Positions 41,101-51,953 of a DNA stretch of 64,000 bases are shown here, piece by piece; position 1 is the stretch's first letter, and each line of letters begins with the position of its first letter. The position numbers were made by a program, and so were the translations under genes. Source of the DNA: Heptranchias perlo (Eukaryota); the NCBI RefSeq assembly GCF_035084215.1, contig NC_090335.1, forward strand, positions 68,820,001 through 68,884,000, written 5' to 3'. Below the pieces are notes generated by a model. It was not told the origin of the DNA. It saw nothing but the letters and a program-made list of their open reading frames with translations, and ran no database searches.

Positions 41101-43123
41101 ACCCCAACTACCACACCAGAAACTAAAACCCCAACTACCACACCAGAAACTACAACCCCAACTACCACACCAGGAACTACAACCCCATCTACCACACCAG
41201 AAACTACAACCCCAACTACCACACCAGAAACTACAACCCCAACTACCACACCAGAAACTACAACCCCAACTACCACAACAGAAACTACAACCGCAACTAC
41301 CACACCAGAAACTACAACCCCAACTACCACACCAGAAACTACAACCCCAACTACCACACCAGGAACTACAACCCCATCTACCACACCAGAAACTACAACC
41401 CCAACTACCACACCAGAAACTACAACCCCAACTACCACACCAGAAACTACAACCCCAACTACCACACCAGAAACTACAACCCCAACTACCACACCAGAAA
41501 CTACAATCCCAACTACCACACCAGGAACTACAACCCCAACTACCACACCAGAAACTACAACCCCAACTACCACACCAGGATCTACAACCCCAACTACCAC
41601 ACCAGAAACTACAACCCCAACTACCACACCAGAAACTACAACCCCAACTACCACACCAGAAACTACAATCCCAACTACCACACCAGGAACTCCAACCCCA
41701 ACTACCACACCAGAAACTACAACCCCATCTACCACACTAGAAACTACAATCCCAACCAGCACACCAATCACCACAGCCCCATTTTCTGCACCAATCGCAA
41801 CGCTAAATACCACACGCACCACAATAATCCCATCTACCACACGAGAAACTACAACACCATCTACCACACGAGAAATGACTGTACCATCTCCCACACCAGG
41901 AACTGCAACCCCAACTATCACACCAGAAACTACAAACCCCACTATCACACCAGGAACTACAACCCTAACTATCACACCAGAAACTACAACCTCATCTACC
42001 ACACCAGAAACTACAATCCCAACTACCACACTAGAAACTACAATCCCAACCAGCACACCAATCACCACAGCCCCATTTTCTGCATCAATTGCAACCCTAG
42101 CTACCACACTCACCACAATAATCCCATCTACCACACGAGAAACTACAACACCATCTACCACGCGAGAAATGACTGTACCATCTCCCACACCAGAAATGAC
42201 TACACCATCTACCACACGAGAAACTACAACACCATCTACCACACGAGAAATGACTACACCATCTCCCACACCAGGAACGACTACACCATCTCCCACACCA
42301 GGAACGACTACACCATCTCCCACACCAGGAACGACTACACCATCTACCACACGAGAAGTGACTACACCATCTACCACACTGGAAACTAGAGCCCCATCTA
42401 CCACTCCACAAACTACAACCCCAACTACCACACCAGAAACTACAATCCGAACCAGCACACCAATCACAACAGCCCCATTTTCTGCATCAATTGCAACCCT
42501 AAATACCACACGCACCACAATAACCCCATCCACTATACGAGAATCTATTACACCATCTACCACATCAGAAACTACAACCCCAACTATCACACCAGAAACT
42601 ACAACCCCAACTATCACAACAGAAACTACAACCCCAACTATCACACCAGAAACTACAACCCCAACTATCACACCAGAAACTACAACCCCAACTATCACAC
42701 CAGAAACTACAACCCCAACTATCACAACAGAAACTACTACCCCAACTATCACACCAGAAACTACAACCCCAACTATCACACCAGAAACTACAACCCCAAC
42801 TATCACACCAGAAACTACAACCCCAACTACCACACCAGAAACTACAACCCCAACTATCACACCAGAAACTACAACCCCAACTATCACACCAGAAACTACA
42901 ACCCCAACTATCACACCAGAAACTACAACCCCAACTATCACACCAGAAACTACAACCCCAACTATCACACCAGGAACTACAGCCCTAGTTTCCGCACCAA
43001 TTGTAATCCTAACCAGCACCTCAATCACAACAACCCCAAGCGCAACATCCACAAGACCCCGATCTACCGCACCCACCAGCACCATCACCACCGCTACCAC
43101 CATGACCTCTGATGCCTCCTGTG
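17147..43123 (+). CDS. membrane mucin, giant PTS exon (25,977 bp, 8,659 codons of T/P/E/I repeats)
   Basis: Uninterrupted ORF 17086..43131; acceptor TTTTTACTTTCACTGCAG|AT at 17146/7; donor TGTG|GTAAGT at 43123/4; phase 1-1. Confidence 0.93.
17350..42980 (+). repeat. coding minisatellite of 24-bp (PETTTPT[I/T]T-type) and 21-bp (PETTPTIT-type) related units with kb-scale higher-order duplications
   Basis: CCAGAAACTACAACCCCAACTA(C/T)CACA consensus seen throughout; a shorter unit lacking one ACA codon occurs in arrays; unit lengths are 27 and 24 bp when the full PE..T repeat is counted. Confidence 0.9.
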
Positions 43124-43664
43124 GTAAGTAACGTGAATACTATTTGCTGTAACATTCCCATTGTATAATTATTTTGCATTAATCGCAGAGCAAATTTGGT
43201 TTGATACTGAAGAAATTTATTTGCTTCATGATATTTGTGTTAATTTAGACCTTGGGATGCCTGTAACTCAATGACAGGTCAGTATTCTCAGGGAGAGGTT
43301 CAGGTGAAACCCTGAAGAACGAAATCTGATATTAATTACCACCTGAACCCCAAGATTAAAATAATGCCTTAAGTTCACTCACAGATAACTGATATCATTT
43401 GTAATATACGCCAGACAAAGGGGGCGATTTTCAATGGGCTTTATTGCTTAGTCTGTGGCCTTTAAGACCCTGAGTAGGAGTCTCATCTTTCCATTCAGTA
43501 CTGGAAGTTTACTTGACCGTCATTTTGGACTGGACCGCTTGCCAGGCATTCTGTGCGCCTGCCTGAAAACAGTGGCAGCCTATTTAATATATGTAAATGA
43601 AGGTCCCAGCCTGTTTTAGGACTTGAATACTATTCGATAGTTCTACAATAGACCCGCAAATCAT

Positions 43665-44403
43665 GGCCTCAATATTAACCCCTCCACGACGGGCGGGAGC
43701 GGGTCGGAGGTCAGGGGGTAGGGGATCAAAAAGTGAATGTGTAGAACGCGACCCCAACCCGCCGCGGGGCATCTGAGTGTCACGCCGTGGAAAAGCGGGT
43801 CACTTAATTAACATATTTAAAACGGGCTCCCACCGTGCAATTGGGAGCCCGATTTGAAGTTTGCTGTTGCTGCGCGGGTTCCCCCGGGATCAGGAAACTC
43901 GGCAGTGAAACGGAGGCGGATCCCCAAGGTAAGTTTCCCTCTTTCAGCAATCGTTGTGAGCTGGGAGGAGCAGAAGTGCATTCCCATGGGACCCCCGAAG
44001 GAAGCCTTCGGCCTCCCCCCAACTCCCGACCTCCAGCCTCCCCCCCTCCCCCGTTCGCAGGCCTCCCCCAGCCCCAATTTCTAACCTCCTCCCCCCCCAC
44101 CCCCCACCACAGCCCTGATGGTTGGCCTCATCCCCCCCAGCCCTGACTGCTGTTTTCCCCCTTTCTCCCATTTGCCGGGGCCAATCCCCAAGGGTCCCTG
44201 GCCGCGGCCTCCTGCTGCTGGTGCTCCCCGCCGGCCAGGCAGTCCATTTGGCCAGCTGCTGGGCGGGAGGCGGAGCTACAAAATGTTAACGAGGTCCCGC
44301 CGTTAAGTTCGGCAGGACCTGCCCGTCCCCGGACTTGTCGGGTTCTTACAGCTGTTTTCAGCCTCTCCCGCACCCTCCCCACCTCCCCATCAATATCGCG
44401 GCC
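43665..44403. mobile_element. GC-rich Harbinger-type MITE
   Basis: TIRs GGCCTCAATATT / AATATCGCGGCC with a 3-bp CAT duplication (43662-43664 and 44404-44406). Confidence 0.7.
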
Positions 44404-44631
44404 CATGGGTGTGAACAGTGGGGAGGATGCCATTTCCAGCATTATTTAAAGGGCTCTCCAGTTGTTCTTTGGTAAAGTGCTGGTTTGTTCACTCTGACAG
44501 CTAGTGTGCTGTTGTGGTTGTTTTGGCTGTGTTGGCTGTTGTAGCTGACATTATACACCCAAGTTTAACCCTGCACCCCCCGGCGAGAATGAGGCCGATT
44601 CGGATTCCTGCTCACTGCCATTTTAACATTG

Positions 44632-44828
44632 TAAACAATTTTACAACACCAAGTTATAGTCTAACAATTTTATATCAAAATCACAAGCTTTCGGAGGCTT
44701 CCTCCTTCCTCACATTCACCTGAGGAAGGAGGAAGCCTCCGAAAGCTTGTGAATTTCAAATAAAATCGTTGGACTATAACTTGGTGTTGTAAAATTGTTT
44801 ACAATTGTCAACCCCAGTCCATCACCGG
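44632..44828. mobile_element. miniature palindromic Penelope insertion (two inverted pLTR 3' ends), 13-bp TSD
   Basis: Same pLTR sequence as 6770-6890 and 8123-8208; arms ~44629-44712 and ~44721-44807; CATTTTAACATTG duplicated at 44619-44631 and 44829-44841. Confidence 0.88.
44712..44756 (+). ncRNA. minimal type-I hammerhead ribozyme
   Basis: AUUCAC CUGAGGA A GGAGG AAG CCUCC GAAA GCUU GUGAAU with a perfectly paired stem I. Confidence 0.78.
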
Positions 44829-45489
44829 CATTTTAACATTGATGTTTTTATAGTGGGGACAGGCACCCGCTACAGGCAGGCAGGAGCCTCATTAAAGTGG
44901 AAAAGTTATGCTCCAGTGACATTGTCTGTATCCCGACGCGATTTTAGCTGAACAATCTCACACATGTTGCCATCGGGGCACTAGAACATAGGCCAGTAGC
45001 ATTTGTAAATAGAAATAGGTACCACTCCATCAATGTGGAGCTAGTGGTCCATCACAGAAGCAGGATCATGCAAGTTTCTGCAAAGTACCTAGGCAGCTGT
45101 GACAGTCTACCACCCCCAGCCCACACCCCCCCTCCCCAATGTTTTACCCTCCCAGGAACATGGCAGGATAGTTGCTGGGGGACAAGGGATACCCCAAACA
45201 GATGTGACCAATGACACCCCTCCTCACCGCCACCGTCCCTGAGCAACACAGGTATAATCGAAGCCAAGGGACCACCAGGAGAGGTTCAGGTGTCTCAATA
45301 GGTCTGGGGGTTCCCTACAATATGACCCACAAAGACTCTCCCGCAACATAGCGGTGTGATGCATACTGCATAACCTCGCCATACTGAGAGGAGGAGGCAC
45401 AGCAGCAGCAGTCCTCATCAGACCAGGAAAACCAGGGGGAAATTGAGGAAACAGCAGAAGGAGGGCCACCTCAACACTTCTGTTCCACC

Positions 45490-45798
45490 TGGCTCCACGT
45501 CAAGCTGTTAAAAAAAAAAAACATTCTACTTACCTTTTTGGTGGCGGCCGCTTGCTGGGCCGCATCCACGACAAGAAAATGTGAGCAAAGCAGGCCCGGC
45601 CGCCCACCGCCTGCTCATCTCAGGGCAGCTCAAGCGGGCAGAGGGGTCCTAAAACAGGCGTTAGACCCCTCATTAACATACGCCTGTCTTAGGCGGCCGG
45701 CAGGGATGCCTGAAAAATGGATGCCCGACCCATTATGGGGTTGGACATATTTCAGGCGTCCTTGGCGACCTGCGAAACCGAGTCCAATTTCTACCCCA
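45490..45798. repeat. GC-rich MITE-like end fragment
   Basis: Ends in CAATTTCTACCCC, resembling the other Harbinger-type TIRs; has the CTCATTAA internal motif; partner TIR not located. Confidence 0.4.
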
Positions 45799-45807
45799 AT
45801 GAGTTCC

Positions 45808-46715
45808 GAACGTAGGAACACAGGGACAGGAGTAGGCCATTCAGCCCCTGTTCCGCCATTCAATAAGACCATGGCTGATCTGTGACCTATCTCCATTTCC
45901 CTTAATACCCTTTGGCTAGCAAAAATTGATCGATCTCAGACTTAAAATTATTAATTGAGCTGGCATCTACTTTTTTTGTGGGAGACAGTTCCACACTTCT
46001 ATCACCCTTTGTGTGAAGAAATGTTTCCTAATTTCTCTCCTGAATGGCCTGGCTCTGGTTTTAAGGTTATGTCCCCTTGTCCTAGACTCACCCACCAGCA
46101 GAAAAAGTTTCTCTCTATCTACCCCATCAATTCCTTTCAAAATTCTAAAAACCTCAATCAAATCACCCCTTAACCTTCTATATTCCAGGGAGTACAAGCC
46201 TAGTTTATGTCATCTCTTCTCATAATTTAACCCTTGGAGCCCTGGTAACATTCTGGTGAATCTGCACTGCACACCTTCCAAGGCCAATATATCCTTTCTA
46301 AGGTGCGGTGCCCAGATCTGTACACAGTACTCCAGATGTGATCTAACCAGGACTTTGTATAGCTGTAGCAAAACTTGTCCCCTGTATATTCTAGCCCTCT
46401 AGTTATAAAGGCTAACATTCCATCAGCCATTTTATACCTGACCACTACATTTTAGTGATCTGTGTACAGGGACCCTTAAATCTCTTTGGACCTCCTAGCT
46501 TTTCACCATTTAAAAAAATGCTCGGATCTATCCTTTTTTGCGTTACTTACTTGCGTTGAAATCCATCTGCCACAGTTTTGCCCACTCACTTAATCTATCA
46601 ATGTCTCTTTGTAATGTTATGCTCCCGTCTACACTACTTACTATGCCACCAATCCTTGTGTCATCGTCAAACTTGGATATATGGGTCTCTATGGCGTTAT
46701 CTGAGTCATTAATAA
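45808..46715 (-). mobile_element. CR1 LINE 3' portion
   Basis: ORF 45967..46197 (LEYRRLRGDLIEVFRILKG..FFTQRVIEVWNCLP) and upstream RT remnants. Confidence 0.9.
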
Positions 46716-47094
46716 ACAAAGGTACAGATGAAGGAGGCTATTTGGCCCACCTTAGTTCATGCATTCGGAAACTCCCTATCATGGCATCTAATTCTTTATT
46801 AAGTGATTCCAATGCTTTCACCTGCACCATCTGACCTGGAGGTCCCTTCCTTTACTAGTTTGAGCCTGTGTCCCTTTCTCTAGACTAATTTTTGTGAGTC
46901 TAGATCCTTCTTCAAGAAAAATGTCACCTAAGCCCGGAATTTCCTCGGAGCTGCTCCCACTCTGCTGTCATAACTTCGCCAGACGTGCGGCAGAAATACC
47001 GTTCATATGCGTAACAACAACAGAAGAAATTCCCGGCCATGGCGTCATCTGTTTAAAAAAAATATCAGAGACGGTTTGGGATGACCAAGGGGAA

Positions 47095-47512
47095 TAGGGT
47101 TGTAGGTTCATGCCCTGACTCCAGAACCTGAGCATAACTTAGGTTAACCCCCTTCTCCTCACCTCGTACTGTACTGGAGGACTTCTGCGTTGTCACAGGT
47201 GCTGTACTTCAGATGAGACGTTAAAGTGAGGGCCCCTCTGCTTGTTCAGGTGGACGTTAAAGAATCCTAATGGCATTATTTGTAGAAGATGGCGTTCTTC
47301 TGGTGCCCTGGCCAATATTTCCTTCTTAACACCACCAAAAACGGATTAATTGTCAATTCAGCTCATTGCTGTTTGTGGAATCTTTCGGTGCACAAAATGG
47401 TTGGCACATTTGCCTACATAGCAACAGTCACTGCACTCAAAAAGTAATGTGAAGCATTTTAGATGTTTCTTCGGGATGTGTTAAGGTGCTATATAAATGA
47501 AAATCTTTCTTT
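47095..47512 (+). mobile_element. DeuSINE (SacSINE1-like) SINE
   Basis: CAGATGAGACGTTAAA..CAGGTGGACGTTAAAGA..CCTGGCCAATATT..CATTGCTGTTTGTGG..GCTATATAAATG; family assignment from recall. Confidence 0.75.
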
Positions 47513-47566
47513 TAAAGTAAGAAATCAACAGATGCTCAATATTAAACAAATATTTTTCTTTTGCAG

Positions 47567-47824
47567 TGCCAGTGAGGTTCATTCGTATGAATTTGATTCG
47601 AGTGAAAAGTGTAGAGATTGCAATTTCCTGGGACACTAACAATGGATTCAACCGGGCTCGTTATGAAGTCACTCTCTTCAGGGCTGACATTAAAATAAGC
47701 ACAATTACAACTAATAAAAAAAAGGCAGTATTCAGGGATCTAATGCCTGATGTTGAATATCAGGTTTTTATTTTGGTGATAACTTGTAATCAACGAGAGT
47801 CAATACGAAGAACAATCAGGACAC
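47567..47824 (+). CDS. membrane mucin exon: fibronectin type III-like domain
   Basis: TTTTGCAG acceptor, C|GTAAGT donor, 258 bp, phase 1-1; IAISW..YEVTL..FRDLMPDVEYQVFI fits the FN3 W/Y/LxPxxxY pattern. Confidence 0.85.
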
Positions 47825-48269
47825 GTAAGTCTTTAGAAATTGTGTTTGAATGACAAAACATGATTCCTGGTTCATCCCTGCCAAACATCAGTGTCTGTAA
47901 AAAAAATGCAGGATTTGACGCTGGTTCAGGCAGACTATTCCAGCCTTTCTCGTTCCTTCTCTATTTTGTCAATGCTACGGTGGCCTGTGCTTCTCTGAAC
48001 TTTCCCCTGTTCTCCTTCATAAACTGCAAATAGACCATTCCAGTTGCATTTCCCCCCCCGTGCAGCCTCACTGTATTGGAAATCAGTGCTCATTGGACCA
48101 TTCCTTATTCTGACACCCTTTCCTAAGATTTCCAAAAGTGTGGAATTTGTTATCGGCCGACGTCCACTCTTCTACCGTTTTCAAGCTTTCAAAACCTAAG
48201 TTGAGTGCTACCCAATTATTATTCTTCATTTACCTCATCTTCTTTTCTACTTTTTTCAACATTGCTAAT

Positions 48270-48990
48270 GTAGAATCATACAACACAGAAGGAGGCCATT
48301 CGGCCCATCGCGCCTGTGCTGGCTGTTTGAAAGAGGTATTTAATTAGTCCCGCTGCCCTGATGTTTCCCCATTGGCTCTGCAAGTATTTATCTAATTCTC
48401 TTTTGAAAGTTACTGTTGAATCTGCTTCCACCATCCTTTCAGGCAATGTGTTCCAAATCATAACAACTCTGTGCATAAAAAATATTCCTGTCATCTCCCC
48501 TCTGTTTCTTTTGCCAATTACCTTAAATCTGTGTCCTCTGGTTACCGACCCTTTTTGCCAATGGAAACAGTTTCTCCTTATTTACTCTATCAAAACCCCC
48601 TCATAATTTTGAATCTCTATAAATCTCCCCTTAACCTTCTCTGCTCTAAGGACAATAATTCCAGCTTCTCTAATCTCTCCACATAACTGAAGTCCATCAT
48701 CACTGGTACCATTCTAGTAAATCTCCTCTGCACCCTCTCTAAGGCCTTGACATCCTTCCTAAAGTGTGGCGCCCAGAATTGGACACAATACTCCAGCTGA
48801 GGCCTAACCAGTGTTTTATAAAAGTTCAGCATAACTTCCTTGCTTTTTGTACTCTATGCCTCTATTAATAAAGCCAAGGATCCCGTATGCTTTTTTAACA
48901 GCCTTCTCAACTTGTCCTGCCACCTTCAAAGATTTGCGTATGTGCATCCACAGGTCTCTCTGTTCCTGTACCCCTTTAAAATTGTACCAC
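48270..48990 (-). mobile_element. CR1 LINE 3' portion
   Basis: YKTLVRPQLEYCVQFWAPH, LEQRRLRGDL and WNTLPERMVEA ORFs. Confidence 0.92.
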
Positions 48991-49479
48991 ACTAGGAGGC
49001 TCAACCCTCACCTGTCACGTAAAAAACAGATCGTTCAGATTCATTCAGACTTCGCTTGCTTGTGTATTTCGAGAAGTGGTTCAGGCCATTTGCTGTTTGG
49101 TGGGACGATATCGCATTATACTGTTTTTGTTGAGCAACTGACATTAGTGTTGCATTAAATATGGAAATCTTTGTGCCAAAAAAAGAATGTCAAGCCAGCT
49201 AACGTATGATAACCAAGTTAGTATTTATTACTGCCCACATTGATACAACCTCCTGTGTCACAAATGCATTTTGGTTGCTTTGGTTGTGAAATTCCTGGGG
49301 CGGTCAAGTATGGTGGAGTGGAACCCTGATTCCAGATTACGGGGACAGGATCAGGGTGGGCACATCATGTCTGCAAGGGTGCTCCCACTCCAATACACCT
49401 GCCCAGGCGGCCCACAGCAGTTTTGCCCGAGGTATCCCCGAGACCCTCCACTGGCCGGGAAAGGGAATGTGATCGGTGG

Positions 49480-50000
49480 CAAAGGTACAATGTTTGTAGC
49501 AGGTCGAAGATGATGGCTTCAGGCTTCCAGATGTTTAACTGGAGGAAATCGAGGCTGATCCAGGAGGACTGGAGGTTGAAAAAGCAGTCAGACAACATAA
49601 AGGCAGTGGAGGTGTTGAGAGAGGTGTTAGAGAGGTAGAGCTGGGTGTCGTCAGTGTAGATGTGGAAGCTGATCGCAAGTCTGCGGGTGGCATCTAGATA
49701 AGGATCAGGAGGGGACCAAGGATAGATCCTGAGGGGACTCCAAAGGTAATGGTGAGGGGGTGGGAAGGGAAGCCATTGCTGGAGATGCACTGGCTGCAGT
49801 CAGATAGTTAAGAATGGAACTAGGAGAGGGCAGTCCCACTGAGCTGGACAACAGAGCAGAGGCATTGGGGGAGAATATTGTGGTCAACCATGTCAAAGGC
49901 TGCAAAGAAGTCGAGCAGGATGAGGAGGGATAATGCACCACATTACTAAAGGATGTCATTTGTGACTTCGATTAGGGCTATTTTAGTGCTGAGGCAGGGC
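49480..50000 (-). mobile_element. L2-clade LINE RT fragment
   Basis: FHIYTDDTQLYLS in ORF 49365..49790; LLDFFAAFDMVDH-like sequence upstream. Confidence 0.8.
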
Positions 50001-50492
50001 GGATTGGGATCAGAGTAAGTTAATTGATCCCTCTAGAATTCCATCTTGACCAAAGTTCCCCTTTGAATACTATTGGGTGGAGCATGGATGGATCTTCCCC
50101 TCCCCCCCACACACATTACAGGAAGCATGTATGAGGCAGTTCCCTGGCTACCTTGGGAAATTCACCCATTCTGTTCTTATAAGGCTTCAGGAGAACTCAC
50201 ACAATCGGAGAGCGACAAGAACTGATCTCCTGCATTTAAGTTTCCAGCTCCAAGCCAAGGAAACTGTCCTTCTCAGTCCTCTGTTTAAAACCTGACTCCC
50301 AACCCATCCACCTTCCTCTGATCATGGCTTTTTCACTTTTTCTTAATTCTCACCCCAGGAAGCCATGGTGCAATGTCTCGGTCACTGTCTCTGCATAGCC
50401 TAGTTGGTAACTTGATCGGCAGGAATATTGCATGAAATGTACGATTGGGGTTTTACTCAACAATATATCTGTTGTCTTTTTACTCTCCAAAG

Positions 50493-50605
50493 GTTCCAAG
50501 GTGTTGGGCACAACAACAAGAATTAAAAACAAGAATTTCTTACCAGAATTTAGAGACAAAAACAGTCAGGAATACAAACAATTCACAGAGAATTTCATTA
50601 AGGAT
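50493..50605 (+). CDS. membrane mucin exon: SEA domain 1, N-terminal half
   Basis: CCAAAG acceptor, GAT|GTAAGT donor, 113 bp, phase 1-0; RIKNKNFLPEFRDKNSQEYKQF. Confidence 0.88.
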
Positions 50606-50763
50606 GTAAGTCTTTTCTTATCATTAGCTCTTGTATGTGGAAGGAATGAAATAACGATTAATCAGTAAAAGAAAAGTTGAAAATTAACGTCGGGAGGGAG
50701 CGGGATGACAGTGAAAAATTCAGGCCCAGGTGTTAATAGCTTACTATTTTTGTTTTGTTTCAG

Positions 50764-50983
50764 TTGCTAAGCCGACTAAAATCAAAATTCCTGGATTTGT
50801 TCAACCGTGGAAAAATGAGAATCGTCGTACTCCTTCTTGAGCCAGGGAGTGTGACAGTAAAGTTTGACATTGTGTTCTCAGCAGAGGAGAATGTCACTAT
50901 ACCCGAAGTCAAAGAAACATTTGTTGATTCTTTAAACAGGAGTCAAGAGTTTGATATAGATCTTGAAAACACTACTATAGTAG
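50764..50983 (+). CDS. membrane mucin exon: SEA domain 1, C-terminal half
   Basis: TTTCAG acceptor, G|GTAAGA donor, 220 bp, phase 0-1; LEPGSVTVKFDIVF motif. Confidence 0.9.
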
Positions 50984-51064
50984 GTAAGATATTTGACAAC
51001 AAGGCTTTCAACAAAAGGGTTTTGTAAAATGTTATCAGAGATATATATAAGCAGCACAATATAA

Positions 51065-51320
51065 CATAACTCTCCGTTCCTTTGACTCTGGTCTTTTGTC
51101 CATCCCTTCTCCCTCCTCTCTACCATTGGCAGCCATGCTTTCAGCTGTCGAGGCACCACACTCTGGAATTCCCTCCCTAAATCCTTCCCCCCCTCCACTT
51201 CTCCTATCTTTTTAAGACGCTTCTTAAAACCTGCCTCTTTGATGAAGCTTTTGTCCATTTTTGTCTGATTACGTCTCTGTGAAGCGCCTTGGAACATTTT
51301 TCTAAAGGGGTTATTTACAA
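51065..51320 (+). mobile_element. L2 LINE 3' end
   Basis: CTCTGGAATTCCCTCCCTAAA..CTTAAAACC..GTGAAGCGCCTTGG, homologous to 9900-10080. Confidence 0.75.
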
Positions 51321-51584
51321 TTGTAGCATCTTAAGGAAAGAAAATTCACATGAAAATTTACATATTTTTAAAAATGAAGTTGAGAAACCTGGGTAAAAGG
51401 CCATCATTCAGTGCAGCACCGAATTTGAACATAGTAGGAGAGAAGACAAGGTAGCAAGAGTTAGTATTAGGTGATGTCAAGCACGGTTGTAAGAGCTTGT
51501 AGATTTTAGGAGAAAGGGAAGACTGAAGTCATTCGATTCCGATTGAATCTGGTTTCTAACCCCGATCTGCGCTTATCATTACAG

Positions 51585-51722
51585 ACAGAGACAGCTGCCA
51601 ACCAGGGCTGAATGACTGTTCAGGTAATGGAACGTGTATAAGATTGAATGCAACTTACACCTGTCAGTGTAATGCCGGGTTCACAGACACAAGCCCCAAT
51701 ACACCTGGAAGAACATGTGAAG
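51585..51722 (+). CDS. membrane mucin exon: EGF-like domain 1
   Basis: 138 bp, phase 1-1; DRDSCQPGLNDCSGNGTCIRLNATYTCQCNAGFTDTSPNTPGRTCE (6 Cys). Confidence 0.92.
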
Positions 51723-51815
51723 GTAGGACATTGTCTGAGGTTAACACGGCTTTAGGTCATTGGGTTAAAACAACTTTTGCTCCAACTGATTGTTTTTATC
51801 TAATTCTTGTTTCAG

Positions 51816-51953
51816 ATATTGACGAGTGTCAGACTGGGAACAACACATGCTCTGATTTTGCTGCCTGCACAAACACCCCAGGGAATTACTCATGTGGATG
51901 TTTCCAGGGAATTTTAGATATCAATCCGGCAAACCCAGGAACACAGTGCAGAG
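51816..51953 (+). CDS. membrane mucin exon: calcium-binding EGF domain
   Basis: 138 bp, phase 1-1; DIDECQTGNNTCSDFAACTNTPGNYSCGCFQGILDINPANPGTQCR (DIDEC and CxNxxGxYxC consensus). Confidence 0.93.

Noticed and set aside
19210-42411. Small Cys/Trp-rich and Gln/His-rich ORFs inside the PTS exon
   Set aside because: Alternative-frame readings of the tandem repeat; they only mark duplicated blocks
17350-42980. CRISPR-like or non-coding satellite interpretation
   Set aside because: No unique spacers; indels preserve frame and the array is bounded by splice sites in a eukaryotic gene
18432-43103. 8,223-aa Val/Gly-rich antisense ORF (and 17115..18416)
   Set aside because: Mirror of the Thr/Pro repeat codons; no splice context or domain, and an implausible poly-Val product
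43297-43349. 10-bp inverted repeat enclosing CTGAAGAACGAAA, hammerhead-like
   Set aside because: No stem II between the core motifs and the flanking stem is out of register; probably chance
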